Of a DNA stretch of 64,000 nt, positions 59,659 through 64,000 are shown piece after piece (the stretch's first letter is position 1; each line of letters begins with the position of its first letter). The notes beneath the pieces are model-generated. The model was given only the letters and a program-made list of their open reading frames with translations. It was not told where the DNA came from and did no database searches. The DNA is from an uncultured bacterium (GTDB lineage: Bacteria; Patescibacteriota; Minisyncoccia; UBA6257; 2-01-FULL-56-20): positions 32,214-96,213 of the forward strand of contig CAWDZM010000001.1 in NCBI GenBank assembly GCA_963807165.1. The letters are read 5' to 3'. The position numbers and the translations under genes are program-made.

Positions 59659-60075
59659 ATGATGACAACCAATTTAAACAAAAAGAAAATACTGGATTTT
59701 ATCGCAAATTTCTCGGAAATTGCGAAGAAAAATCAATGGGTTTCCCATTACGATGCGGATAGCGATTCGTTGGCCATCCGGACACCGAAACTTTCCGAGG
59801 ACGCGCGCAAGCGTTATCTTAACGACGAATTTGCGTTTTATCTTGATAATCAGAGCGAGGTGGAGGGCATCTTCATTGAATATTTCGTGAGCAACTTTGT
59901 GGCGCATCACAAAGATTTTAAGGATGTGGCAAAAGATATCAAAGGACAGGAGTGGAAGGAGGGGGACGGCGTGATGACGCTCAATAAGACGGAAATGAAA
60001 AAGCTTATTCCGGAACTTCAAGAGGCGATCATCGAATCGATTATCCCGAATCGAAATTTACAGGAAGCGGTGTAG
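59659..60075 (+). CDS. hypothetical protein with an N-terminal DUF2283-like region
   Basis: The VSHYDADSDSLAIRT...VEGIFIEYF pattern. Weak. Confidence 0.3.
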   Translation: MMTTNLNKKKILDFIANFSEIAKKNQWVSHYDADSDSLAIRTPKLSEDARKRYLNDEFAFYLDNQSEVEGIFIEYFVSNFVAHHKDFKDVAKDIKGQEWKEGDGVMTLNKTEMKKLIPELQEAIIESIIPNRNLQEAV

Positions 60076-60093
60076 CGAACTTAAAACCCTCCT

Positions 60094-60291
60094 ATGAAAT
60101 TGATTAATCCCTTCGCGTTCCTTAAAAAGGACGAGATAAAAGAGCCCCGTAAGAAGGAAGGCTCATTTTCTGATTTTTTCCTCAATGCTTCAGAGGCGGA
60201 TAAAAAAGAGGTTATTACAAGAGCTGCAAAACAGGCGAACGAAGAACAGCGACGGACATTTTTGGAATCGAGCGTATCGGCAAAGCGCTAA
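60094..60291 (+). CDS. hypothetical 65-aa protein
   Basis: ORF track only. Confidence 0.25.
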   Translation: MKLINPFAFLKKDEIKEPRKKEGSFSDFFLNASEADKKEVITRAAKQANEEQRRTFLESSVSAKR

Positions 60292-60311
60292 ATAAAAAAA
60301 CACTACGCTTT

Positions 60312-60875
60312 TTGTCCCACCTCACCCCTCCCTCATCCTCCCCGATCCCATACTCATTGCGCAGGAGCAGGCGGGCGCGGAGAATGCGGCTTGCGGTGCA
60401 TCGGGATGGGTCGGTGACGCTCACGACGCCCGCGTGGATGGCGGCGAGCGAGGGGGAGCGATTTGTGTTGCGGCATGCGGAGTGGTTGCTGTCCAAGATC
60501 GCGGCCTTTCGGCGTACGCCATTGCCTCCCGAACATTCCTATGGACGCGCGGAGTATCTGCGGCATCGGGAGTCGGCGCGTGCGCTCGTTGATTCCCGGC
60601 TTGCGGTGTTTGCTCCCGTGCTTGGGGTTTCGTATGGCCGGGTTTCCATTCGCGCACAGCGGTCGCTCTGGGGGAGTTGTTCGCGCCAGGGGAACCTGAA
60701 CTTCAATTATAAAATTTTGTTTTTGCCTGCTCACTTGCAGGACTATGTGATCGTCCATGAGCTTGCGCATGTGCGCGAGCTCAGCCACTCCGCGCGCTTT
60801 TGGGCGGTGGTGGCCAGCGTGCTGCCGGATCATATCGCCCGCCGCCGGGAGCTGCGTGCAATGCGATTGCTGTGA
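60312..60875 (+). CDS. YgjP/DUF45-family (SprT-like, M48-related) zinc metallopeptidase
   Basis: C-terminal HELAHVRELSHSARFW motif. Confidence 0.65.
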   Translation: MSHLTPPSSSPIPYSLRRSRRARRMRLAVHRDGSVTLTTPAWMAASEGERFVLRHAEWLLSKIAAFRRTPLPPEHSYGRAEYLRHRESARALVDSRLAVFAPVLGVSYGRVSIRAQRSLWGSCSRQGNLNFNYKILFLPAHLQDYVIVHELAHVRELSHSARFWAVVASVLPDHIARRRELRAMRLL

Positions 60876-60943
60876 AAAATCGTTGACATCACGCGCGGCC
60901 TCTTGATAGTCTTTATACAGTGGTCGAATGACTGGAGGATGGT

Positions 60944-61414
60944 ATGGATTTGATCCCGTTTACTATCACAAAAAATTCGGTTGTCCTTCTGAGAAGCGAT
61001 CGTGGGGTGGTGCCTATACTGCTCATCAAGGCCGGAGGCATCAATCTTCCCATTGGCTTCAATGTCTATGAGGCGCAACGGATTGTTACGCTCGTGCTGG
61101 GAGGCGAACCAAGTTGGTGTTCGCCCGACGATCTCGCAAGGAATGTGCTCGTCGTCCTAGGTTCCCCACTAACGAAGATTGTGATCGTGGGGATATCCGA
61201 CGAGTGTAATTTTCTCGCCAGGATTTTCTTTAAAAAGGGCGAAGAGGAGTTTTCTTTGCCCGCCCATCTGAGCGATGCGATTGTCCTCGGCCTGAGCTTC
61301 AAAGTCCCCATGTTCGTCGGGGAAAAAGTGCTTATCGAGGGGACTTCAAACGAGGGGACTGAGGGGTTGCTTTCGGCGATCCAAGAGTTCGCTCCACATA
61401 CCTTGGAAATTTAG
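60944..61414 (+). CDS. bifunctional nuclease (BFN/DUF151) family protein
   Basis: The LPIGFNVYEAQRIV...PSWCSPDDL...SDAIVLGLSFKVPMFV pattern. Confidence 0.65.
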   Translation: MDLIPFTITKNSVVLLRSDRGVVPILLIKAGGINLPIGFNVYEAQRIVTLVLGGEPSWCSPDDLARNVLVVLGSPLTKIVIVGISDECNFLARIFFKKGEEEFSLPAHLSDAIVLGLSFKVPMFVGEKVLIEGTSNEGTEGLLSAIQEFAPHTLEI

Positions 61415-61532
61415 TTCACTATCACTCATTATATGTGGCGCGTGCAGTATCCATCCCTGTCCCGCGCTATTTTTTTATAAAAAAATCGCAACCCTGTGAG
61501 GCTGCGATGCGTGCCAGTGGCCGCGGTTATTG

Positions 61533-61889
61533 CTAAGGCTTGATCACGACCTTGTAAGGTCGAATGGTGACGTAGATGATCTTTTCTTTTTGGAATGGTT
61601 CGCAGTCTTCCAGGGCTGTCAGTTTCCCTTCGCTTGGTCCGACGTCGATAATGATCTTTCTGTCCGGAAAAGATTTTTTTAGATCTCTCGTCAGTTCCGC
61701 CGCTATCTTCTTTTCTACCTTACCGGCCCCTTCTTGATTCTCCTCGGTGAGGTGCGTACCTATTGATACCTCAACGCGTTTGTAGATCCCTGCCCGCACT
61801 CCCGTGATATGCGGCGATCCATCGCAGTGCTCGTCGACTATTTCCTGGAATCTTGCTCGGATCTCCTCCTGCGTCCTTTTCTTATTCAT
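61533..61889 (-). CDS. hypothetical protein
   Basis: 118-aa ORF. No confident family. Confidence 0.35.
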   Translation of the reverse strand: MNKKRTQEEIRARFQEIVDEHCDGSPHITGVRAGIYKRVEVSIGTHLTEENQEGAGKVEKKIAAELTRDLKKSFPDRKIIIDVGPSEGKLTALEDCEPFQKEKIIYVTIRPYKVVIKP

Positions 61890-62005
61890 ACTACCTCCCG
61901 GGTGGAAATATAGCGCTGCCGCCAGAAAAAGTAAACCGGGTCTATTTACAAAATTATATTTGAATGGTATAATTCCATCCAGTTACATCTCTTAAGGAGG
62001 AGCGT

Positions 62006-62326
62006 ATGTTGTTTCTATTTCCAGTAGCTCATTGGAAGTTTTCGGATTGCGGGGATTGCGCGATCATCATAACTTCGAGTGGACACGGATCTCTTGCGAT
62101 TTATTCAAAACAAGAAGGCCATTTCCTCATCAACGCTCTGGAAGAACATGAGGCGGTTCTGCAAGATGAGGCGATCATGCTTCGTCAGGAACTGGACCAA
62201 TCAGCGCTTCCGGATAAGATGCCTCTCACGCGGCTTTTACCGTTTTCGCGTGATGCACTCGACGAGCAGCAACAGCAGGTGGGTGAGTGCGAAGAGGCTC
62301 CACAGCGCAGGGAATGGTTATGCTAA
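62006..62326 (+). CDS. hypothetical protein
   Basis: AGGAGG Shine-Dalgarno 8 nt upstream. 106 aa. Confidence 0.4.
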   Translation: MLFLFPVAHWKFSDCGDCAIIITSSGHGSLAIYSKQEGHFLINALEEHEAVLQDEAIMLRQELDQSALPDKMPLTRLLPFSRDALDEQQQQVGECEEAPQRREWLC

Positions 62327-62344
62327 GCGGTATTTTCTGAAGCA

Positions 62345-62380
62345 GCGGCCGTCGATACTATCGATGGCCGCTTTTCTTTT
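62345..62380 (+). terminator. intrinsic terminator (13-bp stem GCGGCCGTCGATA...TATCGATGGCCGC plus T-run)
   Basis: Seen directly. Followed by a TTGACA-17 nt-TACAAT promoter (62400-62428) for tuf. Confidence 0.6.
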
Positions 62381-62567
62381 TCATTATATTATCCGGGATT
62401 TGACAGAGGATCAGGTTTCCCCTACAATTGCTTGGTAAATCCCTGAAGGAATAAAGGAAAGTCACTTAGGTCGATTGGCTATAGATTTTCACAGCTCTCG
62501 AGGCTGTTTTTCTTCGAAAGGGGGATTGCGCGCGCAGTAAAACAAACATTAATATTTTTTAAACACT

Positions 62568-63767
62568 ATGGCAGAAAAAGAAAAGTTCGACCGGTCCAAG
62601 CCGCACCTTAACGTAGGTACGATTGGCCACGTCGATCATGGCAAGACCACGTTGACCGCAGCGATCACCCACGTGCTCTTTATGAAGGGCTGGATCAAAA
62701 AAGAAGAGAATGTTTCACAGATCGACAATGCTCCGGAAGAGAAGGCGCGTGGTATCACCATTGCGTTGCATCACTCGGAGTACAACTCGGAGAAGCGCCA
62801 CTACGCGCACGTTGATGCTCCGGGTCACGCCGATTACATCAAGAACATGATCACCGGTGCCGCCCAGATGGACGGTGCAGTGCTCGTCGTTGCAGCGACC
62901 GACGGCCCGATGCCGCAGACCCGCGAGCACATTTTGCTCGCCCGTCAGGTAGGCGTGCCTTCGATCATCGTGTTCCTCAACAAGTGCGACATGGTGGATG
63001 ATCCGGAATTGATCGACCTCGTGGAGTCCGAAGTTCGTGAGCTCCTCACGAAGAACGGCTTCCCAGGCGACACTGCTCCGGTGATCCGCGGTTCGGCGCT
63101 CAAGGCGTTGAACTCGACCGATGCTGATTCCGCAGATGCCAAGCCGATCCTTGACCTCGTCAAGGCGATGGACGACTTCTTCCCGGATCCGGTTCGTGAA
63201 CTCGACAAGCCGTTCCTTATGCCTGTTGAAGATATCTTCTCGATCGAAGGTCGCGGTACGGTCGTCACGGGACGCATCGAGCGCGGCATCATCAAGGTGA
63301 ACGATGAAATCGAAGTCGTCGGCCTTAAGCCGACCGCAAAGACCGTCGTCACCGGTATCGAAATGTTCAACAAGAGCTTGGATCAGGGCCAGGCAGGCGA
63401 TAACGCAGGTTTGCTTCTCCGCGGTCTCAAGAAAGAGGACGTAGAGCGCGGACAGGTGTTGGCCAAGCCGGGCACGGTGACCCCGCACTCGGAGTTCGAG
63501 GGCGAGATCTACGTGCTCTCGAAAGAAGAGGGTGGCCGTCACTCTCCGTTCTTCAAGGGCTACAAGCCGCAATTCTATATCCGTACCACGGACGTGACCG
63601 GAGAGGTTACGCTTCCGGAAGGAATGGAAATGGTCATGCCGGGTGATACCGTCAAGATCACCGTCAAGCTCATCACCCCGGTCGCTTTGGAAGACAAGAT
63701 GCGTTTCGCCATCCGCGAGGGCGGCAAGACCGTCGGCGCCGGCGTCGTGACGAAGATCATCAAGTAG
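62568..63767 (+). CDS. tuf: elongation factor Tu
   Basis: [18 protein letters not shown] and NKCD motifs. 399 aa. Confidence 0.95.
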   Translation: MAEKEKFDRSKPHLNVGTIGHVDHGKTTLTAAITHVLFMKGWIKKEENVSQIDNAPEEKARGITIALHHSEYNSEKRHYAHVDAPGHADYIKNMITGAAQMDGAVLVVAATDGPMPQTREHILLARQVGVPSIIVFLNKCDMVDDPELIDLVESEVRELLTKNGFPGDTAPVIRGSALKALNSTDADSADAKPILDLVKAMDDFFPDPVRELDKPFLMPVEDIFSIEGRGTVVTGRIERGIIKVNDEIEVVGLKPTAKTVVTGIEMFNKSLDQGQAGDNAGLLLRGLKKEDVERGQVLAKPGTVTPHSEFEGEIYVLSKEEGGRHSPFFKGYKPQFYIRTTDVTGEVTLPEGMEMVMPGDTVKITVKLITPVALEDKMRFAIREGGKTVGAGVVTKIIK

Positions 63768-63872
63768 CAATATAAAACCGCCTTACGGGGACGGGTCGCG
63801 TTCTACTGAACGCGCTCTAACGCTCGGCACCTACGTGCCTCCGCGATTCCCCTTAAAGGCGGTTTTATATTG
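63768..63872. repeat. GC-rich 71-nt element (63785-63855) in the loop of a 17-bp AT-rich hairpin right after the tuf stop; copy 3, same orientation as copy 2
   Basis: Arms CAATATAAAACCGCCTT / AAGGCGGTTTTATATTG. Insert starts CGGGGACGGGTCGCGTTC and ends TCCGCGATTCCCCT, similar to the ends of copy 2. Confidence 0.5.
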
Positions 63873-63972
63873 CTTATATTTTTAATGTTCAGTCACGACG
63901 CCGGCGTCTCTGGAGATATGAGGAGGGATCAGACTAAGGTCGCATTTCAGAAGAATATAGAATCTTGTTACA

Positions 63973-64000
63973 TTCTAAAATCGCAATCTGTGATTTTAGA
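63973..64000. repeat. palindrome TTCTAAAATCGCAATCTGTGATTTTAGA; copy C, possibly cut by the window end
   Basis: Same AAATC(A/G)CAA..TGTGATTT core as copies A and B. Confidence 0.45.

Noticed and set aside
54585-62567. Intact prophage or integrative element with attL/attR
   Set aside because: No integrase, recombinase or structural genes were found. No direct repeat of the tRNA-Arg 3' end was found in the island or at its distal edge.

Overview
The window is a 64-kb chromosomal segment from a compact bacterial genome. Coordinates for non-ORF features were counted by hand from the printed lines and may be off by 1-2 nt; CDS coordinates follow the ORF track. Family and domain names are recalled from the translations; no database search was run.

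The sequence is compositionally bimodal. A GC-rich backbone (roughly 58-65% GC) carries housekeeping genes. Low-GC blocks (roughly 33-40% GC) of accessory genes are interleaved with it.

Backbone genes include a class II ribonucleotide reductase with an ATP-cone (nrdJ), pyrD, an MOFRL-family glycerate kinase, ppsA, eno, a D-2-hydroxyacid dehydrogenase, tgt, a CofE-like ligase, xseA/xseB, valS, rpmB, hsp20, uppP, tsaD and recG. The str operon is present as rpsL-rpsG-fusA, but tuf lies 8 kb further on. Seven tRNAs were identified: Pro-GGG, Glu-TTC, Lys-CTT, Arg-TCG, Ala-TGC, Arg-TCT, plus the anticodon calls shown in the feature list.

The low-GC accessory blocks are:
- 144-3700: a HEPN-like protein, a PD-(D/E)xK nuclease and a TPR membrane protein.
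- A tRNA-Arg-adjacent island holding a YhbQ-like GIY-YIG protein and a three-gene type II restriction-modification cassette (permuted N6/N4 methyltransferase, putative endonuclease, Dam-like methyltransferase).
- A Bro-N/DinD-like gene with YgjP- and BFN-family neighbours.
- Paralogous secreted-protein pairs at 15993-17253 and 42368-43477.
- An orphan MazF-like toxin.
- An ArsR / SET-domain / UBP-zinc-finger cluster.

Three non-coding signals recur:
- A GC-rich ~70-86-nt structured element sits inside the loop of AT-rich terminator hairpins directly after xseB, fusA and tuf. It occurs in both orientations and shows compensatory base-pair changes.
- A palindromic family with core AAATCACAAATTGTGATTT has three copies, with covarying outer arms.
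- A promoter architecture with TATAAT placed 6-7 nt before the start codon (leaderless-type) occurs at least 12 times.

A ~340-nt structured transcript of unknown identity lies between the CofE-like gene and a Cas4-like nuclease gene.

Many conserved GC-rich genes are split by single frameshifts: a PIF1-family helicase, ppsA, prsW, tsaD, recG (twice), rpsG (twice) and fusA. This points to systematic indel errors in the assembly rather than real pseudogenes. No CRISPR array or rRNA is present.
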